Positions 13,631 to 26,905 are shown, counted from the stretch's first letter. The stretch is DNA of 64,000 bases from Octopus vulgaris (GCA_951406725.2 OX597814.1:24180001-24244000); one strand, 5' to 3'. Made by a program: numbers and translations. The notes: generated by a model not told the origin, from the letters alone.

Positions 13631-13852
13631 GTGTGTATATGTCTGTGTGTCTGTGTTTGTCCCCCCAGCATTGCTTGGCAACCGATGTTGATGTGTTTAC
13701 ATCACGTAACTAAGTGATTCGGCAAAAAGAGACTGATAGAATAAGTACTAGGCTTACAAAGAATAAGTCTTGGGGTCGATTTGGTCGACTAAAGACGATG
13801 CTCCAGCATGGCCACATTCAAATGACTGAAACAAATAAAAGAGTAAAAGAGA
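13413..13852 (+). mobile_element. tRNA-derived SINE, family C (CORE-like centre, internal microsatellite), full length
   Basis: Head aggcgtaggagtggctgtgtggtaag...ggttcagttcc, then gtggcaccttaagcaagtgtcttc (CORE-like), internal (TA)n(TG)n, and tail gcatggcc...tgactgaaacaaataaaagagtaaaagag. Confidence 0.88.
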
Positions 13853-14446
13853 GTAATAGTGAACATTCCCATTTAGATGGCTTACAAGATCTAAGATGCA
13901 TCATGGCATCTGTAGTCTCAATGTTTTGGGAAAACAAAAGTCCATTATTCAGTGATGTATATTTTATTGGAAATAAACTGTATTAATTAGTATAAAGAGA
14001 GTCTGTGCTAATATGAGTTAATTAATTGCTATTAAAAGAAAGTCTCTACTGTATCTAAAATGAATTGTTGCTTCTCAAAAGTAGGGTGTTTTATTTTACT
14101 TTACTTCATTTGCAGTTCCTGTATTTTATTAGGATAATAAAATTTGTTCTTTACTTAAATTACACATTTATTTCTTCATATTTCTCTCGTTTCTATTATA
14201 TTTAGATTACTAACGATAATACTTATTGCTTATGTTGTGTTTTAATGAACTTTATAAGATGCTATGGTAATTTAAAGAGTGAGGATCAGGTATCCAGAAA
14301 ATTCAATCGAGCAACTCTCTAGATCCAGTGAAGAGAGTTTATTGTACACACAAACACACACACATGTAAAGTTCATGTTTAGGAAATATAGTTGCGATGA
14401 AGGCAAATAAAAATTCAAATTGAGGGAGTGGAACAGGTAAAATACT

Positions 14447-14529
14447 AGCTACATATGTTTCCTGGCTAGCAGATTTTCTGATGTAATAATTACTCAACAA
14501 GGTTTACTCAGCTAGCTACTCACCAGACT
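14447..14529 (-). ncRNA. Hammerhead ribozyme-like motif with extended helix II
   Basis: Minus strand: agt-CTGGTGA-gtagctagc...gctagccag-GAAAC-ATAT-GTA-gct; palindromic ACATATGT. Confidence 0.55.
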
Positions 14530-14648
14530 GAAGGTACCTTAATTATATTGTCATTTGAGAATCCCAAGTTAACTCACCAAAGATGGGATTTGAAAAAGGG
14601 GCATCTGGCATTCAATTAAATAGTAAATAGTAAATAATATATAGTATG

Positions 14649-14682
<34 letters not shown>

Positions 14683-14700
14683 TGTATGTATGTATGTATG

Positions 14701-14749
<49 letters not shown>

Positions 14750-16915
14750 TCATCATCATCATCATCATCATCATTTAACATCTGCTTTCCATGCTAGCAT
14801 GGGTTGGATGATTTGACTGAGGACTGGCAAACCAGATGGCTGCACCAAGCTCCAATCTTGATTTGACAGAGTTTCTACAGTTGGATGTCCTTCCTAACGC
14901 CAACTACTCCGAGAGTGTAGTGAGTGCTTTTATGTGCCACTGGCACGTGGTCCAGTCAGGCGGTACTGGCAACGGCCACGCTCAAATGGTGTTTTTTACG
15001 TGCCACCTGCACAGGAGGCAGTCCAGCGCCACTGGCAACGACCTCACTTGATACAATTACATCAACCCCAGTGCTCAACTGGTACTTATTTATTAACTCT
15101 GAAAAGATGAAAGGTAAAATTGACCTTGGTAGAATTTGAACTCAAAATGTAAATTTGGACAAAATGTCGCAAAGTATTTTGATCGATATGGTTATGGTTC
15201 TGACATCAAATATTTTAAGTTTCTTGGAAATATAAAGAGAGGCTGGGTAGCATTTTTAGATTGGTGGATTGAGATAGATTAATGAGAATAATATCTAACT
15301 TACACCCCAGGAAACTGAAATAAATTTACTGTATCTACATAATATTCCATTACTTGATGTATATTTTAGTATGTCACTAACTTATGTGAAAGTATTTGAT
15401 TCTTTGCCTTATTGCCTTAGACCACATTTAAATTCTATTAATTCTACAAAACTTCACTTATCTGTTAAAAAGGTTTATGCATTCAAACATTTTGCAGTCA
15501 TTTATCAATGATCTTGTTGAGAATAGAAGTAACATGTTGAATTGAACTCTATTACTGAATATTATTTGATCAATTTCCCACCCCCTTGCATATATTTCAC
15601 TTTCTCTTCTTTAATTCTTATTCACTGAAACAGAATTGTAACGATTCTTGTTTTGTGTGAGTCTTTTTTTCATTTTCTATATTTTTATCAAAATTTTTCT
15701 CATTAATAGAACCTAAGTTTTGGCAAAATTTCTTTGGGATTGCTATGATGATGAATGTCAATTTTCAATAGCTTGTCCCTTCATAAAATGCTTCTTAAAC
15801 ATGACTGGATAAAAACTATCTCAAAATCAATACTGCAGACTCTTTCCACCATTTTCAAATTAGTTTTTAGCCCCTTCTTAGTGAGCTTATAACATGATAA
15901 TCTACTGCTGAATGGTTAGCTTACTGCTGTCATAACCAGCTGGCTTTTTGAAATGCCTATTGCTTATAGCAAAATTACTACTATAATTTAGAGAGTAAAT
16001 CTGTCATGCAATGTGATATCTATAATGCTAGTTTTGTCTGCAAGAAAGAGAGAAGGAAAGAAATAGGGAAGTGAAGTGCAGTGGGAGGATGTGTATCGGT
16101 AAGGAAAAGCAAAAATAAATTAAAAAAGTAAGACTACTTGCTAAAGTTGCATATTTACTTCAACCTCTTCTTTATATTTGTTCTTTAATTATCTGAAAAA
16201 AAAAAAAATAAATAAATAAATAAAAGAATAATGAATGCTGGAAAGAAGTTAGTTCTAAAGTCCTTAATATTTACACTTTGGCCTGGTATAATGCAATCTG
16301 CAACTTTATATTAATATTTAAGGAATATTTATTTTACTTCAAATTTTTGTAAAATTCAAAGTTTATATCATTTTGCTATGCACATTTATTTAAATACTTT
16401 AAGAAATGATATTTTTAAAATTTAATATTTTGCTATTAATTTAATTTCAGAATATTTATAATGTAAAAGGAAATCCGTATGCATTTTAATTAATATGATT
16501 GATTGTTTTTACGAAAACAATAAAACTCCAATGTTGTTGTTAATTGTTTTTAAGTGAATATTTATTATTTAACAAATGTTATAATCATTATTGTCATGAA
16601 GTTAATTATTCTTAATACTATCACTTAGCAAGAAGAATTATGGATCATTTGTAGAATCATAATCCAGACTAGCTAGTTAATTGAATGTGCATAGAATTAT
16701 ACTAGGAAACTTAATCTATGTCCAGAACAATTTGATCATTCATTAATCAAGGGATAAGAAAGTAAATACCTGCAATATTGCAGAACAAAACTTATAAAAT
16801 CCTGGTTCTATTTGATTTGCTAAATTTATTGATGGCTACAAAGTTTTTGATAATTCAGTATCATAAGGTGAACTAGAGTATACCTTTCAAAATGTTAATA
16901 CATATAGTTTCACTC

Positions 16916-17144
16916 AAGGTGGCGAGCTGGCAGAAACATTAGCGCGCTGGGCGAAATGCTTAGCGGTATTTCGTCTATCATTACGTTCTGAGTTCAAATT
17001 CCGCTGAGGTCGACTTTGCCTTTCATCCTTTCGGGGTCGATATATTAAGTACCAGTTTCGCACTGGGGTCGATGTAATCGACATAATCCCTTTGTCTGTC
17101 CTTGTTTGTCCCCTCTATGTTTAGCCCCTTGTGGACAGTAAAGA
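16916..17144 (+). mobile_element. tRNA-derived SINE, family B, full length
   Basis: aaggtggcgagctggcagaaacattagc...gagttcaaattcc...taagtaccag...ctggggtcgat; 19-bp TSD aatacatatagtttcactc (16897-16915, 17145-17163). Confidence 0.9.
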
Positions 17145-17790
17145 AATACATATAGTTTCACTCTTCTTCACATCTTTTTATTTGATACTTTTCATCATTT
17201 CCCCTTAATTTTATCTTCATGCAATTGCTTATTTTCATTGGTTATTGTCTCTGTCCTCTTCTATACCATGTCTATGGCTAATCCCTCAGCACTATGTCTA
17301 TAGTACATTTCAAGAACTGATTGATTAAGACATATATCTATCTCTTTATCGTTGAAATTACTTTCTCTCTATGCTTGTAGTTATAATTCTTATTCACTAA
17401 TCGCTTGGTTTGTAGTTTATAGCCTTAAATTCATATTTGCCCAATATAAATGTATTAAAAGTAGTGGTACTCAACTGATATATCATGGCTTAACTGGTGT
17501 ACCATAAGGAACATCTTGACGCATTGAGTATTTATATAAATATAATAGAAGGCTTCAGAAAAAATTATACTAATGCTTGAACATCTCAAAAGTATGTTAT
17601 TCATGATTTTGTTTTATAGAAGTATGATTAAAAAAAAACAAGGAGACTAATAGTTTTCTGTGTTTCTTTCTAAATTTTTTACTTTCAGCTGTTTTTATTT
17701 TTGAAACTTTCTGTTTGAATTGCATCAGTAATTTTTATTTGATCTCTAGTTATTATGAAAGCAAAACGATTGGAAACCACTGGTCTAAAG

Positions 17791-17856
<66 letters not shown>

Positions 17857-18221
17857 ATTTCAAATTTTGGCACTGCTACAAGCATTCTTTGTCTGTATGT
17901 GAGGGGATATAGAGAAGATTAAATCAAATAGATTACTTCAAATCTACATATGACTGGGGCATAATGCAGTACTACTTAACCTTAAAACAAATGGTCATGG
18001 CCAAAATGCTTTTGAACATAGATCTGCTCAACCATGGACAAACTGGTGCGAAATAGCAACTGGTGCATTTATTATTGACCACAGAAGGATGAAAGGCAAA
18101 TAGATCCTACCAACAACGTATGAATTCAAAATATAAAGGAAAGACACACTAAACACATCACAATGTATTTCATCCGACGTATCACCGAGTCAGCCACCTA
18201 ACTCACTACCATAAAGGGGAA

Positions 18222-18254
<33 letters not shown>

Positions 18255-18329
18255 TGTATGTATGTATGTATGTATGTATGTATTTATGTGTGTGTGTGTA
18301 TGTATGTATGTTTGTATGTTTATCTAGTA

Positions 18330-18625
18330 TCGAAAATACTATGGCATGGGAAGATTTTTGAAACCAGGCTTTTCAATGTGCTGCTGAAACACTGGGATAT
18401 ACTACTGCCAGACACAGGGACTGGTTTGATGAAAATGATGCTGAAGTTCAGTGACTTATGGTTGTAAAGCATCATTCCAACAGTGTATTACTGTACAGAG
18501 GATGTTCAGTTGTGCAGCAAAATTTAGCACTTGCCCACTATAGCAGTGTAAAATCACTACTGCAGCAATCTCTCAGGAAGATGCAGAACACCTGGTGGGA
18601 GGATCTTGCTCATGATGCTCAGGCT
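18330..18625 (+). mobile_element. RTE-clade LINE internal fragment
   Basis: AAETLGYTTARHRDWFDENDAEVQ and LLQQSLRKMQNTWWEDLA, typical of the RTE linker between endonuclease and RT. Confidence 0.8.
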
Positions 18626-19640
18626 GCTCATAAAAAGCAAGAGACAGCCCAAATCTATGAAAAGTCTCCTAACACAAGCCCGAATATGCTCAACAACACA
18701 GAAGCCATCAGTAAAAAAATGTGGAAGACCCAATTGTGGGATATGCGATTATCTAATTGAGGGATCAGAGTTCTCCTTCAAACAGGGACAACGTTTCACA
18801 GTGAAAAGCAACTTCACATGTGCTTCAGAGAACCTGATATACACACTAATTCGCTCTGGGTGTCAAGAGCATTGCATTGCATAGGCCAAACAAAAATCAG
18901 TCTATGTACAAGAATGGCCCTGCACAGATCCCAGATAAAAATTCCCCAAAACAGAAAAATAGCATTCAGCCAACACATAGACATTTGCACCAATAACAAA
19001 ACTCCAAGCTTCAGGATTTTTTCCCTCTACCAATTCAGGGACGATACAACCTGGAGCCAACGAATTAGTAAAGAGACTCTCTTTATTACAAAATACAGGC
19101 CCCTTCTGAATGTGTCTACGACAAACGACATATTCACCTCAGCCTCAGAATAACACAAATACACACGCAAATATTAAAAAGGATACAATCAAGAGATTCC
19201 CAAGAATTCATTTAAAAAACAGTCCCAATCATTGCCATAATCCATAACGTGCTAATCTTAAGTCATTTAAACATTTAACACCTTACTACTTTAACACTAC
19301 CTACATTCCTTTCTATTCTCCCTTCTCTTTCTCTTCTTCTTCTTCTTCTTCTTCTTCTTCTCCTTCTCTTTCTTCTCCTCTCCTTTCTTCTTCTTCTTTT
19401 CTTCTTCTTCCCTACCAAGAATTCACAATGACCTCGAACCCACAAGAGTAAACAAGAGAGACAGAGACAGGCAGAAACAAGGAAAATGCCACTTGTATCT
19501 GAACACTATACAAATATTCTTTTAAAAAAACTTTTCTTTTAATTTTTCTAAATTCAATTGCTTAATTGCTACAGTTGAAAAAGTCACAAAGACTGAAACT
19601 GGTTCTGAAATGTTTTTTATAAAACTATTTTAGCATTTTC
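18625..19640 (+). mobile_element. Penelope-like element 3' part: GIY-YIG endonuclease ORF (frameshifted) plus downstream terminal region with degenerate hammerhead
   Basis: KSKRQPKS..KKCGRPNCGIC..FTCASENLIY..C.EH(C)IGQT..RMALHRSQI..FSQHIDIC..RISKETLFITKYRPLLN. A 5-nt cattg duplication near 18870-18880 causes the frameshift. HHR-like motif at 19572-19607. Confidence 0.9.
19572..19607 (+). ncRNA. Degenerate minimal hammerhead ribozyme motif downstream of a PLE ORF
   Basis: cag-TTGAAAA-agtc-acaaa-gact-GAAAC-TG-GTT-ctg: helices I and II pair; the core has 2 mismatches to CUGANGA. Confidence 0.55.
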
Positions 19641-19656
19641 TATCTTGATTTTTTTT

Positions 19657-19716
<60 letters not shown>

Positions 19717-19725
19717 ACATATACC

Positions 19726-19777
<52 letters not shown>

Positions 19778-20839
19778 CATACATATACATGTATATACAT
19801 ACACACACACACATATATATATATCAACATGACATCAAGGAAGTATGTACTTATAAATAGTATCTATTTTGGAAGGAAGAATTTAAATGAAAGGTCTAGT
19901 TTTCTATTTCCTTGTTACTATCATTGTTATAATTCCTGTAGAATATAAAGTTATTACTAAATATTTAATTTCATTTGGTATTTCTGTGAAAGTTGACTTG
20001 AATCAAACATGTATTGAATTCGATAATTTAAACCCATTTCACCTTTTAATTTTTTCTTGGAACAAAGCAACTTTGATGTTTCATCATAGACTTTACTATA
20101 ACACACAAAAACCCCATGCGCCAATAAAGAAGCTTTTATGTAACCGCTCAATTTGCCAGAAGCTGCCACCAAATCTCCTTCAAACATTCTATTTTCTGAA
20201 GGAAAACAACATACCAGTGTAGTCTAAAATATATTATATTTTCAAAAAGTTGTAATGGTCATGATTGAAATGCCTTTTGACTTTAACCCTACTCAATCAA
20301 GGTTAACTTGGGATTAAAAAAGAGACAAAGCTTATAAATCCTGCAAGCTAATGAGATAATTTCTAAGATTCCAGGAAAAAATAGCAGTCAAATTTTCAGA
20401 GCATACCTAAATATCTTTTAAAAAAAAGGTAGAACACATTTGACAATATAATTCTAGGTGCTATATTTAAAAAGATAGATGCAATGGCCATGGAAGGAAT
20501 GGTTTTTAGCTAAAGTCAAATCAATTAGAGTTGATATGATATAGTACCACTACAAGTAGCATTCTCTTCGTTATTACTTTCATTTGGCTAAATTATCATA
20601 TATCCTAATTACTCTACATACTTGTTGTTATGGCTTATGAGAACACGATTTTCATCTATCTTCTGAACTCTTACTAGTCAAATTAGCTAGCATAAACCCT
20701 TTGTCAGATATCTACTTAACATAAAACTTAAATCACTATAATATGCAACTCTTAACGAAAATGAATAATGTTCTAAATTCTGTTCATTGATATTGTGAGC
20801 TATTGTTTGTTTGTTTTACAATAAATTACAATTAACTAT

Positions 20840-22520
20840 GAGAGGTTGATGTTAAATTGTAGCACTCAAGTCAAACAACTGGGGAATTTAAATGAAGCAT
20901 TAATTGCTGCTAAACAGCTAAATACTAGTAAATCAAGTGGTGCAGATGGTGTGCTTCCAGCAGTCCTCTGGAATCCAAAGTTACTTCTTTTACATCTTCC
21001 TATTCTAAATTCTGCTTACATCACCTATCAAGCTCCATTAGAATTCAAACTGAATTGCATCATTCCTTGCCAAGACAGGGATATCTATTAGAATGTGGAG
21101 GCGCAATGGCCCAGTGGTTAGGGCAGCGGACCCACGGTCATAGGATCGCGGTTTCGATTCCCAGACTGGGCGTTGTGAGTGTTTATTGAGCAAAAACACC
21201 TAAAGCTCCACGAGGCTCCGGCAGGGGATGGTGGTGATCCCTGCTGTACTCTTTCACCACAACTTTCTCTCACTCTTACTTCCTGTTTCTGTTGTACCTG
21301 TATCTCAAAGGGCCGGCCTTGTCACGCTGAATATCCTCGAGAAATACGTTAAGGGTACACATGTCTGTGGAGTGCTCAGCCACTTACACGTTAATTTCAT
21401 GAGCAGGCTGTTCCGTTGATTCAGATCAACTGGAACCCTCGTCGTCATAACCGATGGAGTGCTTCCATATCCATCTATTAGAATATGGCATATACCATGA
21501 CATTAGAGTGATGTCATGCTCAGTCAGACTCTTCAACTGTATCATAATCAACTGCATCCTCAACCCCATTAAAACACTACTCAGATCAAACCAAATAGAG
21601 TTTACAAAAGATACTCCATATACGAATCTATTTTAACTCTTTGTTGACTGATTGGAACGATTTCAGTAAAGAAACACATCTTTGTGTCCTGTCTTTGTGG
21701 ATTTTACAAAAGCTTTTTACTTTGTCTACTATGACCGAATGTTTCGGATTCTTTTTGTCTAAACGAAGTTGTAAATACTATCTACTCTATCTATGCAGAC
21801 TGCAAAAGCTTTGTATGCACCCCTGACACATTTGAAATAGAAGTTCTGTAAGAGGACACCTTAACTCCTTTCCTTTTCATTATAATCTTAGACTAAGGTA
21901 TCTGAACTAGTTATAACTCTCCAACCCAGCTAAGGTTGATGTCATCAAACATCGTATCTCATTAACCTCGACCACACAGATGACACTACACTTATCTCAC
22001 ACACAATCACAAGTGCTCAAGCTCTCCTCACAAACCTGGAGCTGACTACCATTGAACTTAGTTTCTCAACAAACTGCTCAAAGGCAAAAACTATAATCAT
22101 TGGTGAAAATACTTGTGTTGGTGATCTTACACTTTCATCTGGGCCCACTAAGTCAATTGCTAAATTCTGCTACCTGGGCCCTCACATTTGCTCTACAAGC
22201 ACAGATGTTTACAGTCACGAAATGATAACATGGCTAGTACCCAACAAACTATGAAAAGTTTAGAAAGCACTGCAACTGCCACTTGACCTAAAAATATGCC
22301 TGTTTCATGCTACTGTACGACCTGTTTTGCTCTACAGCTCTTAATGCTTTTCTGTTACAGTGGCCTAATAGCAATCACTAGACAGCACATACCCTCAACT
22401 ACTGAACAATATTTTCAACATCTCTTATGCTAATCATATATGAAACAAGTCACTATATATATCTTTACTGCTCATTGGCCAGACAATGAAACAAAGACAC
22501 ATATAATCCAAAAGCCACTG
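20840..22520 (+). mobile_element. Old RTE-like LINE RT region, interrupted by the SINE at 21097
   Basis: KQLNTSKSSGADGV, LFVDFTKAF, GDTLTPFLFIIILD-like and DLD..DD-like motifs; many stops. Confidence 0.75.
21097..21472 (+). mobile_element. tRNA-derived SINE, family A, inserted into an older LINE
   Basis: Same sequence as 2082-2459; TSD atctattagaat(g/a)t (21083-21096, 21473-21486). Confidence 0.9.
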
Positions 22521-22775
22521 TTTTCATTGAACAGATTAGCCTTTCACTGTAATTATCTTCACAACCCTATGGAGATGTTCAAGACTAGTGGACAAGCCAT
22601 ATGTCCATGACACATGTCTATGAACTTATGTGGGACACTATCTCAGAGTCGGTATGTGCAATATCACCTTGCACAGCCTGGAGGGAAATTTGCACTTTAG
22701 TTGGAGTCAGTGTCCACAAGTGATGTGGCATAGATCTAATGAAAAATCAAACAGCTGATTCTGTTTTTTCTTTTT

Positions 22776-23072
22776 TTCATCAGGTGGTTTAAATATCTAA
22801 AATATAATCAATATTTTTAAGATATAAATAATATATATTATATAATAATTTTACTTATAATAAACTCTATTATTAAATATGATTATATCGAAATCGACTA
22901 TAATGTTAATTTTCTACCTTATAAATTAAAGTTAATATTTAACATTATAGTCGATTTCGATATAATCATATTTAATAATAGAGTTTATTATAAGTAAAAT
23001 TATTGTATTATATATATTATTTATATCTTAAAAATATTGATTATATTTTAGATATTTAAACCACCTGCTGAA
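22776..23072. repeat. Long AT-rich fold-back palindrome (about 130-bp arms, about 30-nt spacer)
   Basis: 22781-22909 (caggtggtttaaatatc...gactataatgttaa) is the near-perfect reverse complement of 22939-23067. Confidence 0.95.
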
Positions 23073-23125
23073 TGACTGCGACTCAAAAATTTGAAGAAGT
23101 TAGCAGGCAAGAAACGATCGTAGTG
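23062..23125 (+). ncRNA. Minimal type I hammerhead ribozyme-like motif, one core mismatch
   Basis: cac-CTGCTGA-a-tgactgc...gcaggca-a-GAAAC-GATC-GTA-gtg: helix I cac/gtg, helix II tgactgc/gcaggca, palindromic helix III ACGATCGT. Confidence 0.65.
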
Positions 23126-23280
23126 TGATATTAATTATATTTTTTTAATAATTTTGTTATATATTTAAATAATATAAATTAAATAATCTTATGTATTGGC
23201 TTAGGTTTTTCATTGTTTGATTTGCCTAATAGTGGTTTTGTCTCTAATTTAATGGCAGCCACCATATATATATATATATG

Positions 23281-23827
23281 GTGGCTGCCCCCTCGTTATC
23301 GAGTATGGCCATTGCATGAAGCTTAATCAATGTTATTATCGTGCAATGCCTGTGCAAGAAGATTTTTTTAAAGCGAGGAAAGGCTGTGCACTGAGTCAAT
23401 CCCCCTCACCAAGTAACAGCAGCCATAATCCGAAAAGAAGAACAAGTCAACATCATCGGTAACCACTGAGCCGCAGATTTTATGTTGGAGTTATCCCAGT
23501 TACCTGAGTTACCTTCTCCTAGAAGGATGCCCTAACAAAGGCTAGGAGTCCTTCACTCCCAATGTTTTAACTGCACAATCAGGTATTCAGTCCGATTATT
23601 TCTATGTCCCTTGCATGATACAGCCTTAAGACATTTATTGGATGGCTGTTGACTCTCAAGAGTTCCTCTGCCCTTTGACGGGATTTGTTTTTCATCCCGC
23701 AAGGTGTCCAATAAACACTCTCCTCACCAAACAAGCTTGGTGGGGTTGCCGGTTTAGTCGCCGACGACCCGGCCATTCAACAGGTTGTACTGGGTTACAT
23801 GCTACCAGTAGCACTCAAAAGTAACCT

Positions 23828-23830
<3 letters not shown>
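23281..23830 (-). mobile_element. Probable non-autonomous RTE derivative (5' UTR-like part joined to a 3' end), between (TA)n tracts
   Basis: GC-rich structured head (gtcaggttac...ccgggtcgtcggcgactaaaccggcaacccc) and end ccatactcgataacgagggggcagccacc(at)n; no ORF. Confidence 0.4.
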
Positions 23831-23881
<51 letters not shown>

Positions 23882-23884
<3 letters not shown>

Positions 23885-24048
23885 GACAGGCTTCTTTCAG
23901 CTTCTGTCTACCAGATTCCCTCAAAAGGCTTTGGTTGGCCCAAAGCTATAGTAGAAGACACTTGCCCAAGGGGCCACCCAGTGGGACTGAACCCGGAACC
24001 ATGCGGTTGGTATGCAAGCTACTTACCACACACCCACTCCTGTGCCTA
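23882..24048 (-). mobile_element. SINE family C, 5' half (similar halves at about 36055-36228 -, 36820-36980 +, 4760-4970 -)
   Basis: acgacaggcttctttcag...gcaagctacttaccacacacccactcctgtgcct. Confidence 0.8.
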
Positions 24049-26323
24049 TTCATTTAAAATTAATGTCTATTCATTTACAATTAATATTTATTATTATTTG
24101 GATAATTAAATTTTTTTGTAAGCAGCTTTGTAATGATAGAAGCTGAACAATCTCAATTAGTCAAACTGTACCGGAAGAACTGAGTTGGGGAAGCAACAAA
24201 TTCATTTAAGTTCCTTAAGAACTGCCAACCAGTCAGCCATTTGCAACATTTTGGCTCTACAGAAGGTATTAACTGATGGTTGAGATAATTGAAAAGCAGA
24301 ATTGTCGACTAAATTAATCCATGTTTATCTTTTAAAAAATTACAATTGTGATGACAATAGCAATGCTAAAACTGGAATAAACTTGTATGTTAATTTTACT
24401 CAATGACAATTATTTGAAAACGATGTACAAAAAAAATTGAAAAAAAAAGACAGAGGTTGATTAATTTGACAGCATAAAAGAAAAATTATTTGTAATATTA
24501 TTTTGTTTATACTTTGAGTATATTGTCAAATGAATATTTTTGTTCTAAAGAATATCTTTGAGTTTTTAGCTAAGAAATCTGTAAATGAAGAAATGTGCCT
24601 TCGGAAGTATAGATTATATGTAGGATGTATGTCTTGAAGACATTTTGATTTCATTTTCGCTATCAGAAAGACGTTTTCTGACAGCCATTGAAACAGGTTT
24701 TTGAATAGCTTTTTCACTTATATCCATTATTTTTTTATATATAAAAGATGAAAAGAGAAAGCTGAAGATATTTTATTTTGATAATTTTTTTGTTAATCTT
24801 TAATCTTTACTACTTTTTATTTGTTTTCATGTTTTTATACTTTTGTAATATCTTTATCAGAATTTAGAATAACTAATGAAAAAAATTGGTTGCCTCTAGT
24901 TTCTCTGTTGAAAAAAAAAAAAACATAGTCTCTGCAAAGGATTTCTATCTTATTGTATCAAAGCTTTGACAGGTGGGAATAACAAAATATTAAGAGTAGA
25001 TTGTACTGATAGTTTAGCTTTGATATTCCAAAGGAACATAATTTATTGATAGAAGAAATGGGTAGAATTAAAGCATGCAAAAATGAAGTAGATTATGAAA
25101 CTTATCTTCATAAAAATTTCATTTGACCAAAGGGAAAATATATATAGTTTCTTTTGTGATCAAGTAATAGAAAAAGTGTAACTATAAGTTAGACAGAATT
25201 ATACTTCTGTTAAGCTGAAATTCAATATGAACAATTTTTTTTTATTTAAAATTTACTTCAAATGTTTCCATTGATACAAATTTTAAATAGCATTAAAGAA
25301 AACTATTTTTCAAGGTTATTTTACCAAAAATTATTCATTTCATGAATATCATAAGGAAATACCTAACTATTCTAAAATAATTATGTAGAAACAGGAATAT
25401 CAGAGATATTTGGGGCCGGTGCCAGTGACACATAACAGCTTCCATGTTGGTGACACGTAAAAGCACCCATGCCAGTGACATTTAAAAGCACCCGCTACAC
25501 TCTCAGAGTGGCTGGCATTAGGAAGAGCATTCAGCTGTAAAAACCAAGCCTAAATCAGACTGGAACCTAGTGCAGTTCTCTGGTTTACCAGTTTCAGTTA
25601 AGCTGTCTAACCCATGCCAGCATGGAAAGATGATGATTTGAAACATTGAGATATAGAAAGAGAATTTACAAAGTGACCAGAAAAATTAATAGTAATATTT
25701 GAAAAAGTTCAAGCAAGCAACTTCATTTAGCTGGTTCATATTTTAAACTCTGCATTATTAATTGTCAGCACCAAGTATCATTAGTTTTTTGAGTTCTACT
25801 CAGAAATTATGATACTTTTTTTTAATTTTATCATCGTTATATCATGAAGATACTATTTCAGTCAATCAAAAATAATATTTGTCTCACTATCTTAACGTGC
25901 ATTTAAGTGAATGTTCTTCATGCAGAAAACCCATTTGGGAAATTTTCCAATGTTATAATTCTAATTAGCCTAAAATATGATATTTTTGCACACATAAAAT
26001 AAAAATATATCTACTAGTAATGGTGTGATATTCTTGCTTTGTGAAGATTATATTTTTTTCTAAAGATCAAAACAAATTGAAAAATGCCTAGAGTTGTCAT
26101 CATAAATGCCAAACATCAGACTCACTGCATGTCTCCATTTACGTTTTAAGCAAGTGACATCTGAAGAGTTATTTCCTTTGCTCTTTTTCAGTGTAATCAT
26201 CAAGAATACTTGTAACTTGTCAATGTCCTTATAATTTCAGTTGATAAAATGTTACTCTCAAATAATATGCATGTTAAATATGACCTTCCAGAAATATATT
26301 TTATTCATCGCTGCTTTGAGTAA

Positions 26324-26373
<50 letters not shown>

Positions 26374-26392
26374 TGTGTGTTTTTTTTGTTTG

Positions 26393-26622
26393 TTCCTTCT
26401 CAAGTCATGACTGGCTCATAAGGGCCGGTTTCCCATTTTCTTGGCGTATAGGTTCCATCGCAGGTGAGCTGCAAGATGCAGGAGGAAAGAGTGAGAGAAA
26501 GTTCTGGCGAAAGAGTCAACGGAAGTTTCACTCATAAATACACACATCGTCCTGTCTGAAATTCAAACCCGCGATCCCTCGACAGCGAGTCCGCTGCTCT
26601 AACCACTAGGCCATGTGCCTCC
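26393..26622 (-). mobile_element. tRNA-derived SINE with a family-A-like head and a different 3' tail
   Basis: Minus strand ggaggcacatggcctagtggttagagcagcggactcgc... followed by a divergent tail (gggaaaccggcccttatgagccag). Confidence 0.75.
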
Positions 26623-26633
26623 ACACACACACT

Positions 26634-26674
<41 letters not shown>

Positions 26675-26676
26675 GC

Positions 26677-26905
26677 AAGGCGGCGAGCTGGCAGAACCAT
26701 TAGCACGCCGGGCGAAATGCGTAGCCGTATTTCGTCTACCGTTACGTTCCGAGTTCAAATTCCGCTGAGGTCGACTTTGCCTTTCATCCTTTCGGGCTCG
26801 ATAAATTAAGTACCAGTTACGCACTGGGGTCAATATAATCGACTTAAATTCGTTTGTCTGTCCTTGTTTGTCCCCTCTATGTTTAGCTCCTTGTGGGTAG
26901 TAAAG

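Noticed and set aside
23740-23830. HDV-like ribozyme at the putative RTE 5' end (minus strand)
   Set aside because: P1-like (caggtt/aacctg) and P3-like pairings exist, but I could not find the P1.1 GG, a P2 partner or J4/2.
24120-24266. Exon-like stretch with internal TGA (selenocysteine or readthrough idea)
   Set aside because: No homology, weak splice sites and no SECIS evidence.
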